Assembly: GCA_040954595.2 (NCBI GenBank)
Contig: CM082587.2
Span: forward strand, 12,178,153-12,242,152
Source of the DNA: Balanoglossus misakiensis
Taxonomy: Eukaryota > Animalia > Hemichordata
Direction of reading: 5' to 3'
Length of the DNA: 64,000 nt
Shown here: one piece after another, positions 1 through 12,180 of the stretch
Layout of the letters: each line of letters starts with the position of its first letter
How positions within the stretch are numbered: position 1 is the first letter of the stretch
Translations under genes and position numbers: made by a program
Notes under the pieces: generated by a model
Told to the model about the DNA's origin: nothing
The model's database searches: none
The model's input: the letters and a program-made list of their open reading frames with translations, nothing else

Positions 1-287
1 CACATCTGAGTATTAAGTAAAAGAGACGTCCTTAATTATCCTTACTATTTGGCTTGAAAAATCAATCTTACTAGGTGTTCTGATTAGAGAGGTGTCCATA
101 AAGACAGGTTTTACTGTATTACCCAAAATAGAGACATTTTCCCTTCATCATATACTTAATGCGTGTTCTGGGTATGGTTCCAGTATAATGCTTGTGTCAA
201 AGGATTTTGTTGTGGTGCAGGAATCATCTTTGGTTGAGGTGTAGCCATCTGCATTTCATGTTTTTTAAACTATTTTTTTTCTGATAG

Positions 288-3200
288 TCATTAACCCATG
301 TGATCAGAATCCGTGTCAAAATGGAGGCTATTGTTCCCAAACACCAAATTCTTATACTGACTACACCTGTTACTGCCAGTAGTGTTGGACTGGGGCCATC
401 TGTGCCGTAGGTGTGTCGAATTACTGTTTTATGACACAGCGTGGTATATAAACCCTCATTTTTGGTATTCTCAATGTGATAGATGGACCCATACACCAAT
501 AAATGGGGTGGAAGCATTACTAAGTTTCATCCTTTCAAAATTTGCTGATGTAGGGTCAAAATTGAGTGTGAGGTGCACGTTAAAAAGGAAAGCCTTCTGT
601 ATCATGTTGATGGCACATTTTTTAATTTTTCAAGATTCTTACAGAAAAATCCTAGCAATAGCATCATTATGTTATTTTAAATGTACAGGTTTGAAACAAG
701 GAATGAAGACATTGCTCACATATTTAAACGAAATGAACATCACAAGTACATGTACAAGTTTTTGACAAGCAGGTAATTGATACTTTCATTTTTGTTTTGG
801 CAGCCATTGATCAGTTATACTCTATGCCTTGTCAAAATGGTGGCATTTGCGTTGCGCGAGACGGCTGTTTCCTGTTTGACTGTATGTGTACCAAATGCTT
901 CACTGGTGCCACATGTACAATGCGTAAGTACAAACCAATATTATTTTATTCAATGCAAAACACTTGTTATGTATTATATAATATAAGTACGGTACACATA
1001 TTAAAGCCCTGGTAACTCAAACTTTGGGCTAGCTTAAAGTTATCACTATTTTTGTTTTCGGTTGCAACTGTGGTTTCTTGTCACACTCTAAAGGATTTCA
1101 CAGCATTTGGTTTTTCAAAACAGCCGTTTGGTTGTTGTCATGTATACATGTACATGACTGTGGAGTGTAGTTTGTAGATTCTGTAATTTTGACAATATCT
1201 TGACTGAACATCCCACAGCTGTCAACCAGTGTCAACCCATCCAGTGTCAGAATGGTGGAAACTGTGTGCTGACGCCCAATTGGTGTACTGAATTCACATG
1301 CTCCTGTACAAGCTGTTACTCCGGCGATTTATGTCAGACATGTGAGTGATTTTAAATTTCAGATGAAGAGGAACATAATAACATAACACATAATCGGCTT
1401 GCAGTTGGTTTCTTCCAACCTGTATCAAACAGTGAATAACGACACAATTTTGGGGAAATTTATTAAGAATGTGTGTGCCATAAAAGGGGATTGTGTATTT
1501 GACCAAACAACAACCTGCACCGTATGGTACACTAAGACACTATTACACCTGTGTCAAAATTTCATTACGTTTCTTTTGTTGAACATGGAAGAAATTTGTC
1601 ACAGTGATGTTCTGTTGACCAACTGAGATTTTTACCACTCAACCCTGACTGCACAAATCTGTTTAAAGTATATGTAGTAAATATTAACTGTACACAATTT
1701 ATATCACTTTTTCTTCTGTGCACAGATTTGAATCCGTGTCAGCCCAACCCTTGTCTAAACAGTGGATTCTGCCAGCAAGTGTCCTGCACCGAGTTCAGAT
1801 GCCAGAGTTCGCGCTGTTTCATCGGAACCACGTGCGCTGAACGTAAGCAAACCAGTGTCAGATTTGCCGCACAAAGTAGAAATCGCTGGGCTTTGTCATT
1901 GATATTGTCTCAATAAAGTTGCCTGTGATTGTGCAGCTAACCAAGAGACTTATATGCACTACCGTAGCCATGATGTATACTTTCATTGACTCAAATGCTC
2001 ATCAGAGTAGATGTTGCTATTTTTCCAACCGTAAATTGAAACATCAGAAAGTTATGACATCAACTACCCCCACCCCCACCCCACCCCACCCCCAACTAGT
2101 AAATATTATAAGATGTTGTAATTATGATAAAGATGGTAGCACCAAGCTTGGATCAAGTGGTCTTCATTATCCTTCACACATGAACATGATCACACGGATG
2201 TGCAATCTTCTGACAGTCTGCTACAGATTTCACTTCCCACTCAAGTGTGTAAGACCCTAATGTGATACTTTTCATTTCTCTCACCCTTAGCGATCAACCA
2301 TTGTCTTCTAAACCCATGTCTGAATAACGGAGTGTATCAGCCACTTCAAGGCTCCTGCTCAATCTACACCTGCAACTGTCCAACCTGCTACACTGGGCAA
2401 ACATGTGTTACATGTAAGTCACAAGTTTTTAGGTCCCATTGGTATGTACCATGGAACCTTATGGGATTGGTTACGTCTGTATGTATGGATGGATGGATGG
2501 ATGTATGTCTGTATGTCCGTCCACATCAAAAACTTGAAAACCGCAGCGCGTATGACCTCGATATTTGGCGTGTAGATGCAGGCAGGGCTGTAGATGGGAG
2601 TTTGTTCAAATGAAGATGTCATTGCCAAAAATATGCAAATTAGCTGGGAAAATGTGAAATTGGTCAAAACTCAAAAACTGGACAACCACTGGTCATATTG
2701 ATTTGAAAATTGGTATGCATGTACCTTATATCAACCTCATACAATCCTGTATGTTTTGAGCTAATATTATCGATTTCCTATTTTTTTTTGCATTTTTTTG
2801 TGTTTTTCCATGTTATTGGTAAAAAGTCTTTGAAATTTAGTATGAAGCCTCCTAATGTTGTCAAAGAACCATAGTTTTGTTCAAATTGTTGCAAAATTTG
2901 CATATCTATAATTTTGAGCAATATTTGCCATTTTTGGTCAAAAAATGTTTTTCTTTAAAACCTCATGCCAGATTGCTTTGCAATTTGGTAGGCATGTTCG
3001 TAGGGGTAACCTAAATAATATGTTGTAAAAAAAAAGAGATATTTGCATAAATGTGTTATCGGGGAAACTTTTGCAATTTTTGTCAAAAATTGTTTTCTCT
3101 GAAACCACTTGTCCTATTGCATTGAACTTAGGCAGCATGTTCCTTGTAGTGATTGAAGTAAGATATTGTACAATTTTGGTGATATTTGTGTTTTTGCCAC

Positions 3201-4458
3201 TTTTGAACAAATATTTTCTGTGAAACTGCTTGTTGGATTGCTTTGAAATTAGTTTTTTCTCTGATTGCTTTGAAATTTAGGATATAATTTCATAACACAT
3301 ACCTGTATATGTGCAACTTTTATTCAATTCTGAGATCAGAAAGATTAAATATTTAGCGAGTTTTTTTGGTAAGTTTCTTAGTTTTTGGTTAGCAAATCTT
3401 TTCCTAAACAAATTGTCCAGTTGTTTTTAAAGTTACTATTTACAAGGAGTTGTTACCTCGAACAAAGACATGTTTACATAACTTAAATAGGCCAGCTGTT
3501 ACAGAGACCACCAGCTATCAAATTTTAATTACCAGTGGCAGGTCAGTGTGTGTCTGTTCCAGGGCTGACTGAAAGAAGTTGCTTCGCATATGTGTTTGTA
3601 CAGACAATTTTTGGTCATTTTTTTTTCTAGCACCACTTGTAAGACTGCCTTGACACATGACAGTTTATTGGGCATGTTCCTTGTTAATGTTTTTACATTC
3701 CATATTTCTATGTGGTCAGATCATATCTGCTTGCAAATGTCACCTGTAATTTTTATTCTGGTGTGTCACTGTTTCCGCATAATCCTCAAATGTCATCAGA
3801 TCTCCGAATGTGATGAAAACAGTGTGTTTTGAGTGTTTTTTAAATGACCTTTTGGGTTAAAAGTGGCAAAAATGGCAATTTTGTCTTGAAAGGGGTCAAT
3901 AAGACTGACTTTTTTGGAATCAGCACCATTTTTTACATTGAATGGACTAGTCTGCTCAAACTTTCCTTACCAACAATTGTGTTTAATCTTCTGTAACATG
4001 TATACTAGTATACATGTAGCTGCCTGATAGTTTGCCCTGTGTGTGTAATTGCTGAGTGACATAACGCATTCTGTGATTGGTGCAGTCACGTAACCACCAA
4101 TAAGATCGCTTGTTATAAGGAGAACTGCACGACCTTTAACCGCATTAGCATACCTGATTTTTAGGGCTCGATATTACCTCTGAGGACGCAATATTTAAGT
4201 TGAAGTTTTTTTCTTTTATCATATTAGAGCAAGAAGACTTGTTTTTATGTAAAAGAAATAGACCCTAATATACAGAGTGCGTTTTGAAACGATAGGCAGG
4301 TCCGGCCCATAGCCTAATTCTTCATTTTTCTGTCATGCGTAGGAATTGATCAGTGCTAACAACCCATGTCAAAATGGCAGCACTTGCCAACCCTAACCTC
4401 GTGTGGGGCATTGACGTGCACCTGCCAAGGATGCTATACTGGGAGCGCTGTGAAAATT
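288..4458 (+). pseudogene. Multi-EGF gene fragment, last 6 exons of a run: 288-410, 804-923, 1219-1341, 1726-1842, 2291-2413, 4343-4458
   Basis: Each exon is bounded by pyrimidine-tract-AG and GT, is phase 1-1 and encodes one EGF-like module (1219-1341 = VNQCQPIQCQNGGNCVLTPNWCTEFTCSCTSCYSGDLCQT). In-frame TAG at 380-382, Cys losses in several exons, frameshifts in 4343-4458. Confidence 0.9.
2426..4320. mobile_element. Helentron/DINE-1-like non-autonomous element in an EGF intron (also ~18520-20426, ~35030-36934, ~52012-53917); right boundary approximate
   Basis: Starts in a T-run with a subterminal hairpin (aggtcccat...atgggacct, perfect in copies 2-4), followed by a (GTAT/GGAT/GTCT)n microsatellite and degenerate internal repeats (ttgctttgaaattt, ggcatgttcct); ends ...cccatagcctaattctt; no TSD. 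Confidence 0.55.
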
Positions 4459-4959
4459 GTCAGTCAGTTTCTTTTGTCAAATTAATCAAGATGTGTGGGA
4501 CTGCTATACATGTATATAAAACAGAATACTGCGATGGAAAATTCTATAACTTAATGTTTCACTGGATATATGACTTAAAGTTAGCAGGATGCAGTGAATT
4601 CAACAGAAAGTGTGATTTCCTCTTGTGTGAGCTCTGTGCGACTGTGCCAATGAAAATCTCACCACAAACAAAAATGACAGGTATACACTGTATATTAGCA
4701 GCTTTGTCTTTGTAATAGCCATAGTGTTTTGAAGTTGAAAACTTGCAAAGTGTGCAGTTTTATTCACACTACAAAGGAAACATTGTTGAAACGGATTATC
4801 TGTGTACATTGTCAAACTGTACACTTGTCGTGAGATTTATTCTCAATTATATTATATCATGCTACCGTCCGCAATTCTGATTGGACGAGAGCTAAATCCA
4901 GCGATGCTAAAATACTCAATAATGCACTGCTGGCAGTGGTAAAACAGGCTTTCTGTTTG

Positions 4960-5441
4960 CCACATGGGTTTGTTCTTTAGGTTGTTGTATGTGTTTACAC
5001 TCATCATGTTTATTGTAGAACCAGGGTCGATCAGTGAGGCAACTGCTGTTTGTTCTATCTGCACTGTTACTTGAGGCCTCCTGCCATTTGATTGTTGTAC
5101 AGTGAAGCAGTATTCATCTCCCGAGCTGTCTTCCACTTTATGCACAGCTTTGACAGTTTCATCCTTGTCTACCCTATTTGCCTTGCCTTTTGATCGGTAG
5201 CATTTGGCAAAATGGTTAGGTTTGCCACACTTCCTGCATGACTTGCCTTTAGCTGGACATACTGAGTCATGTGGATAGGTGCCACCACAATAATAACAAG
5301 TGGACGGTCCTTTCGCTGGCTGCTGATGAGCTCTCTTTTTTTTTTTTGGTTTCGGGCGTTGATGGCGCTGTTTTCTGACCGCATTCACAGATGCCGTGTC
5401 TGCACCATTATTATGGGGTTTCTCCTCAATCCCACTAGCCT
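4960..5441 (-). mobile_element. Ty3/Gypsy fragment, copy 1 (gag C-terminus and protease start only)
   Basis: ORF 4852-5388: two CCHC-type knuckles CYYCGGTYPHDSVC and CRKCGKPNHFAKC, degenerate aspartic protease motif LIDPGSTINMM. Confidence 0.85.
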
Positions 5442-5734
5442 GTATTTGCTACAAATGGTAGGTATTGGTTCGTGATTGAGTCTTTGTGTTGTATATTTGG
5501 GGTGGCAGTGGTATGAGTTTGGATTTATGCCAATCTTTAAGTTAAGTGTTATTTGGGTTGCCGTTGAGCATTGATGGCTTGATAAGTGGGGCTAGGGTCA
5601 ATTTTGATTGGGTTTGGATTGTTTGGGCTATGATAGGTTGGGTGATGGCTAGGATTTGTGGTGGGTATATGGTGTGGTGTAAGAGATGGAGGCATTATGG
5701 GGTCTGGTGAGGTTTTTGTGAAGGAGGCCATGGT

Positions 5735-7760
5735 GGCTGCAGAATTCAGGGCATGCTGTAGCGGTTGAATGCAAGATGATGGTAAACCACAGAGTATTGC
5801 ATTGCAGTAGTCCAGTTTTGATGTGATTAGAGCATGAACCAGCATCTGGCAAACTTCCTTAGTGAGGTAACGGCGAATGTGGCTGATTTGACGCAGATGA
5901 AAGAAAATTGACTTGCAAATTGCATTAATGTGCTTATTGAAAGTGTAATTGTCGTCGAATGTCACACCTATATTCCGTGCAGAATTCACAATTTGAACAC
6001 AACATGATCCAATGCTCATGTGGTTTATGGGACGAGGCGAGCGGTTGAACTGAGACCTTATCAGGAGTACCTCGGGTTTGCCACCATTGAGTTGAAGTTT
6101 ATTATGTGTCATCCAGGTTTTTATTTCGTGAACTGCCCTTTCCATCTTGTCTAATGTACTTATGGTGTCTAACTGGAAGAAATATTGGTATAGTTGGTTG
6201 TCATCGGCATATTGGTGAAAATTGATGTTGTGGTGACAAATAAGTTGAGCAAGTGGTTGGATGTAGCTGCAGAACAAAAGTGGGCCAAGCACTGAACCGT
6301 GTGGTACTCCATATTGTAGATATTGAGGTTCTGACATTGTGCCATACAAACTGCTGTCTGTTCTTAAGATATGATGAGAACCATTGTAGTGGGATGTTGG
6401 TGATGCCCAGTTTTGATAACCTTGAGATGATTGTGTCGTGATCTATGGTATCAAACACAGAGGAGAGATCGAGGAGAACCATGAGTACACATTTACCGGC
6501 ATCCAGTGCCATACAAATATCGTTGTTGACTTCAGTAAGTGCTGTTTCGGTACTGTGATCCTTTCGGTACGCTGACTGCAGTGGTTCTTGTAGTGAGTTG
6601 GTAGTCAAATATGATGTCAGTTGTTGTGCTACAATCTTCCCGATTACTTTTGACAGGAAGGTTAGGTTTGAAACTGGTCTATAGTTCTTGAAAATGTTTT
6701 TGTCGAGCGAAGGTTTCTTGAGTATATTGGTGTGATGACTGCTATTTTAAGTTATTCAGGAACAGTTCCAGTTTTGAGTGACAAATTGATAATTGTGGCT
6801 ATGATAGTGAGCTGATTACCAAGACATTGCTTAACAAGTGCTGTAGGGATGACATCAAGTACACATGTTTTAGATGGAGACTGACGTGTTGGTTATAAGC
6901 TGATATGGCTGAGGAGAGGTCATTTCGAGGCTAGGACATTTGATGTATTTTGTCGAGATCATGGCTGAAACTATCAATTGAAGTGGCAGATACGACGATA
7001 AGATATTTGACGTCTACTGTGTGTTGGTTTCGGAAGAGCAAGTTTTGCATTGACAGGATTGTGATCAGAGAGTTCCAAGCAGTCTACAGAGACACTCTTG
7101 ATGTTAGACGCAGAGTTAGATAAGATGAGATCAAGAGTATGACCCTTTCTGTGTGTTGGTTGTTGGACCCATTGTTTCAGATTACAGGCGCTGATGATTC
7201 CATTGAATTTCTGTGTTACTGGATTCTTATCATCTTCTAGGTGAATATTGAAATCTCCTACGATGAAGAGATTACTTGAGCAGGTGACATACTTCTCAAG
7301 TGTTGTACTGAACTCTTCCATGAACTGTGGTGCGGTGAATTTATTATTAACTGATGGTGGTGGACGGTAGACAAGAATTATTTTCATGGAAAGTTTCTGG
7401 TGAAGAATAGTTGCTTCCGCTGCCTCAAAAGATTTAACAGAGAGAATAGGCTTCCAAGCTGTTAATTTTAGTGCTAGCTTATGAATTTAAGCTAAGCCTC
7501 CACCGATCTTGCCAACCCCAGGTAGATGTTTGACAGCATAGCCTGGTGGTGTACATTCAGCCATTACGTGTTCGTCACCAGATTCCTTCAACCATGTTTC
7601 AGTGAGTACAAGAATATCAATTTCTTTATCTGTGATGTAGTCTGCAATGTCTAATGATTTGCATCTAGCTGAGCGGACATTCCATGTAGAGAGTAGAAGT
7701 TCACACGTATTGTGGAAAGGGTGGATCTTGAATACTGCATAGTCACTCTTCAATGGATAT
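5735..7760 (-). mobile_element. Decayed non-LTR retrotransposon (L2/CR1 group) ORF2: AP endonuclease and reverse transcriptase
   Basis: Endonuclease motifs TWNVRS, LVLTETWL, VYRPP, IVGDFNIH, PTHRKGHTLDLI; RT motifs [49 protein letters not shown]; split by frameshifts and deletions. Confidence 0.93.
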
Positions 7761-8227
7761 TTAGTGACTCGCTAACTGTTGCAATTCGTGTGTGTGTAAT
7801 TTACGTACTTCAAGTTAAATATCGCAACTAGCCGTAATGTTTGACTAGGGGGAGCACCTATACTAATGCGAGTACCAGGGATTGAAAGTTGCACCTGTAT
7901 TTTGATCCCTTAGTTACCCGTATAAGTACATTTGTAGTTTAATAACCATAGTTCTATTGCAAACCATTCTTTCCGTAGTTTCTTGTTTCAAATATTGTAA
8001 TCTGAATTTATTTTGATGTTTAACAGGTGTGATTATCTGTATTTGCGGCCATTTTGAAAAAAAATGGTTGCCATGGAAACTCTTCAACAGATATTTAGTA
8101 ACTCGCTATCTGAATTTGTTCAGTACACATTAACACACATCTGAGCCAAGTTTGGTGCTTTTATCACAAAATACACAATCGATATGAAAATTTGGGTTTT
8201 GGTGCTCCACTACCTAAGTAACATTAA

Positions 8228-8633
8228 GGATGTACGTTCATAGTATTGTCATTTTTTTAATTGTAAATTTTTTTATTCTCTTTTGTATGTATAATGAAAA
8301 TCCGTAATAAAATATAGGGGTCACCGCGCTTGTTTTTGAAATACAGAGCCATGAAATTGGTCGATAATAGAAGAAATCTGCTGACTCAGCATTTTTCACC
8401 AATGGTTTGTTTGTCTATGGCCAAAATTCTTAATGCAATTTATCTCAAAAAAGAGCGCGGTGACCCCTATATTTTATTTGACCAATGAATTTATATTTGC
8501 TGGACTGAGCTATGTGTAAAATTTCGTGAAAATGACAATAGTAGAAGTTTGTTTTCTGGCGATTATCAATGTAATCCTATGGGAAAAAGACCGGACACGC
8601 ACTGTTTCCGGTTTATGTTCTGCACGTACATCC
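8228..8633. mobile_element. TTAA-target MITE (Kolobok-like), present in all copies
   Basis: ttaa|GGATGTACG...CGTACATCC|ttga; internal inverted repeat ataaaatataggggtcaccgcgct / agcgcggtgacccctatattttat. Confidence 0.7.
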
Positions 8634-8981
8634 TTGATGAAGTTTGCTGGCTAGAGGGCTCCTAAACCTCCTTAATATTTGACGTCTTCACTCCTACAGG
8701 ACTGCGCAGCTGGAAGTTAAAGTTCAGCATGTTCTGAAGCATGCACGCTGTGTCCAGGGGTTTCATGTGTGGAACAGCCAGCCTCGCATCACCAACACAA
8801 TGCGGACTGGGATATTTTGCCAACAATGGAAGTATAGACTGTACGCCTTGTCCTGCCCCGGGTATAAGTGCCAATATGATGGTATGTCGGAGCCAGAGGT
8901 GTGTGAAGATGGATACTACACTAATATAGATGGTGAGTCAGCACTTAAAGTTTGGGCATTACTGTGTAATCTTTCACTTAA

Positions 8982-9549
8982 AGGCACGTAAGCTGTAACT
9001 TTTGGGATAATTTTCATAATTTTTGTTTAAAACTGCACTACCATTAGTCCATGCAGATGAAGGCAGTGAACTATACACAAGCATTATAAACCCTAAATAT
9101 GAGTGCATATGCAAGTTTTAACCAGATAAATAATAAAGCTTTGCCGCAAGCGATTATGGCCGCCACCCTGGGAAAATGCAAGAAACAATGAAAATGTTGC
9201 ATTTCCGGTTGTGAAACTTCATAAACAAAACATGATCTCATCCACTTGAGCTCATGGAAGTAAATGTACACCACTGAGACATCAGATTTCCATTTTTCAT
9301 TGCAATATTGCACTTTTTTTAAAATTGCAGGAATTTTCGTTTTTTCTTTAATAAAGCTTTGCCGCAAGCGATTATGGCCGCCACCGTGGGAAAATGCAAG
9401 AAACAATGTGTCATAAATAAACATTGTGTCATAAATAAGTGTTGAGCTTGATATATTATCATGAAATATCATTTAATAGACATAATTAAAAGCATATATG
9501 AGATTATTTAAAACTTTAATTTTTTTATCCAGTTGCAGCTTACGTGCCT
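8982..9549. mobile_element. TTAA-target MITE (Kolobok-like) in the first intron of the CPAGxxC run, all copies
   Basis: ttaa|AGGCACGTAAGCTGTAACT...AGTTGCAGCTTACGTGCCT|ttaa: 19 bp TIR (1 mismatch) and TTAA TSD. Confidence 0.85.
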
Positions 9550-10536
9550 TTAAGGCGGACGATCATCTTATGTGCATGTACGTAATTCTGTGCGTACAAA
9601 CATTACGTCCAGTCCAAATATTCTGCCAATTTTACATCCAATGCATTCAAATAGTGGACTGCTTCGCTTTCATCCAGTTTTCATGTGCATCGTATAAGTA
9701 GACTTTTGTTTTGTCCCGTCTTTTCACCAAATTTGCTCTTTTCCAAATCTCCGACACAGACTATGATCGTCACGATCTTGTCTGTTGTTAGAACAGCACA
9801 CTGCCGTATGGCATTGACTGTACACAGTTTCTGTTACCAATATCTCTGGATTGGCATTTTCCTGTCCTCAATCTTTTGCCAGGGATTTTTGTCTCCCCAA
9901 CCCGCGTGAGAATCCCACGTCTTTGAAGGTATGACTGTGACTATAAGATTCTATAAATCTCTGTTTATTTTCAGCACAAACATCATGTGCTGATTGCCCA
10001 GCTGGTAACCAATGTCCAAATGGTAACACTGTGATTTTATGCTCGGCTGGTTATTACAGTTCGGCCTTGGACAAAGGATGTCTCGCTGTACCTCTTGCAT
10101 AACAGGTAAACTTCTACCCACCCACCTTTATTTCCAACATCAAACATTAGGTCAGGTAATTTACTAACTGAAAAATAGGATGGGATCATTTTCTATTTCT
10201 GTATTTAAAATTTACTGATATAATATATGAATGAAAAAATGACAATTTTTCCAAATTTGAATAGACCTCTATTTATGAAAATAATTAAAATTTGCACCAA
10301 ATTTTTACAGTGGTATTCAAAGGTTAACTTGGTGTGTAAATTCTCTGTTTGATTTACAGATCAGCTGGTGCTGAACATTGTACTATTTGTGAGCAAGGGT
10401 ACGCCTGCATAGATCCCAGTGCATCGCAATTCAAGTGTACCAAGGGTTACGTGTCATTGGCTGGTGCAACAAAATGTACCAGATGTACAAATGGTAAGAT
10501 TGTGGTACTTGTTCAGTTTGCTGTGTGATGAAACTG

Positions 10537-10654
10537 AGGGGTATGTGTGTATGCATGTATGTGTTTACAACAGATTTTCAAGTCAGTGCGACTGGGGTAT
10601 GTGTGTGTGTGTATGTATGTATGTGTTTACAACAGATTATCAACTCAGTGCGAG
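10537..10654 (+). repeat. Degenerate ~56 bp tandem duplication with GT/GTAT microsatellite (all copies)
   Basis: ggggtatgtgtgt...gtatgtgtttacaacagatt.tcaa.tcagtgcga occurs twice. Confidence 0.75.
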
Positions 10655-11513
10655 ATCTTGCGAGACCCGGTTAGCCATGTGAGATCTTGCAGAGTCTTAT
10701 GATATTCAGAAAATGGTTGATTAGAAATGACGTTTAATGTCCTCCAAAGAATTTTCTACATGCCTGTATACTTGTCTCAGAATTATGAAGTGAATCATCT
10801 CAAGTAATTTGTTATTTTAAATGACACTGTATCACAAATACATCACTAAAAACCTCATTTTCTTTAATCAGATGAAATAAGTGAGGAGCCTGCACGCACA
10901 TCCTGTCTTCTGTGCCCTGCTGGACAATCGTGTTCAGATCCAATGTAAGATCCGCTCGACTGTGGCAATGGTGAATATGCTATGGAAGGCGACGGCACAT
11001 GCACGCCTTGTCCAGCGGGATCCAAGTGTCCAACCATGTCACCCGTAGTGGATTGTTCAACAGTTACTGGTAAGTTGGGCTGCAAATCACTCTTGTGACT
11101 TCCCTGTGTTATAGCATGGCATACACAGAAAATTAAACTGTTATGCTTATTGGAGTTGATATTGTGATGCACTTTGAAAAACACAATGATTCCACTGAAG
11201 AGGTATTGTACAGTAAAACCTGTGATTACGGACATCTCTCTAATAAGGGATCGTTGGACCAAACCATGGTGGTAAAAATCGTTCTTTGAATTTTTTCTGT
11301 GATAGGTTCATACTCGCTAGGTTCGGCCACGTCCTTCTGGTTATGAATGCACAACTACAAGTGTCACACAGTGCGCTACAGGGCAGTAAAGTGCTGAAGG
11401 AGGTAAGTCTTGAAATCCCTTTTCTTCTTGTCTCGATTTGAACATGGTTCCACAAGTTGTTTACATCACTTGTAGTTTTACATATTTTTTGAGTTCAACA
11501 GCTAGCTATACAT

Positions 11514-12180
11514 GGTGTCCTGAGAAGTCAACCAGTATGAGAAGTCGGTCTCGGCCAGTACGAGAAGTCGGCCTGTGGGAGAGAACCCTGGTACTTTGTG
11601 TTATATATAACTGTTTCACTACGAAATGTTTCCTTGATGTACAGGAGCTGAGATATTTGTACAAATAGCCAATGAATTTTAAAACTGTCTGTTCACTTTT
11701 CATGTACGTCACCGGGGTACGTCAACATCAGTCACCTGCACTTCTTGAGCTGCGCCAGTAGTCTGTTCCTTGTCACGTTTGTTTGTTTGTTTGTTTGGTG
11801 TTGTCTCAGAAAGTATGAATATACACATACATCTTCTATGTATTTCAGTAGGCTTTGAAACAACTCCCTTTAATCAGAAATGTCACAGGAATTTGGCGAA
11901 CAACCTAAGCTCCTTACGCGGATACGGGGCTGGGGAACTGGTACGGATGCCAGACGCCATTATTTGAAATGATGCCATTGTGTTGTCAAGAATTTGGGAA
12001 ATCCGTCCAAATGAAAATATTTAGTGCAATTATATTTTATTAAGTGTTGTTATAAGTAATCTGGGTCATTACTGCACTATTCGGGTACAAGTTCAACAAC
12101 TGGCCGACTTCTCATACTGGCCGACTTCTCATGCGCGCGAACTGGCCGACTTCTAATCTGGCCGACTTCTCATGTATTCC
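11514..12180. mobile_element. MITE with inverted subterminal arrays of GAGAAGTCGGCCAG, all copies
   Basis: Left end has gagaagtcggcc-type repeats, right end has ctggccgacttctc x4; flanked by direct repeat tatacat (11507-11513 and 12181-12187); GG...CC termini. Confidence 0.8.

Larger units (their letters stand above)
8700..11402 (+). pseudogene. Cys-rich CPAGxxC repeat (Ephrin_rec_like/GCC2-GCC3-type) gene fragment; exons 8700-8932, 9975-10105, 10360-10493, 10872-11069, 11306-11402
   Basis: AG/GT-bounded exons translating e.g. QTSCADCPAGNQCPNG, CTICEQGYACIDPSASQFKCTKGYVSLAGATKCTRCTN, SCLLCPAGQSCSDPM*DPLDCGNGEYAMEGDGTCTPCPAGSKCP; several TAA stops and frameshifts. Family assignment is from motif recognition only. 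Confidence 0.8.

Noticed and set aside
5549-7753. RT beside a repeat array as a retron, DGR or CRISPR-RT-like system
   Set aside because: The RT is an ordinary, frameshifted L2/CR1-type ORF2 with an AP endonuclease. There is no template/variable repeat pair or spacer array, and the context is eukaryotic.
8000-8213. Possible Academ-like transposon end (...ggtgcttttatcacaaaatacacaat...ggtgctccacta)
   Set aside because: Only one end is visible, with no TSD or ORF; too weak to call.
11514-12180. GAGAAGTCGGCCAG repeats as a CRISPR array
   Set aside because: The repeats are short and irregular, inverted between the two ends, lack unique spacers and are enclosed by a TSD: MITE subterminal repeats.
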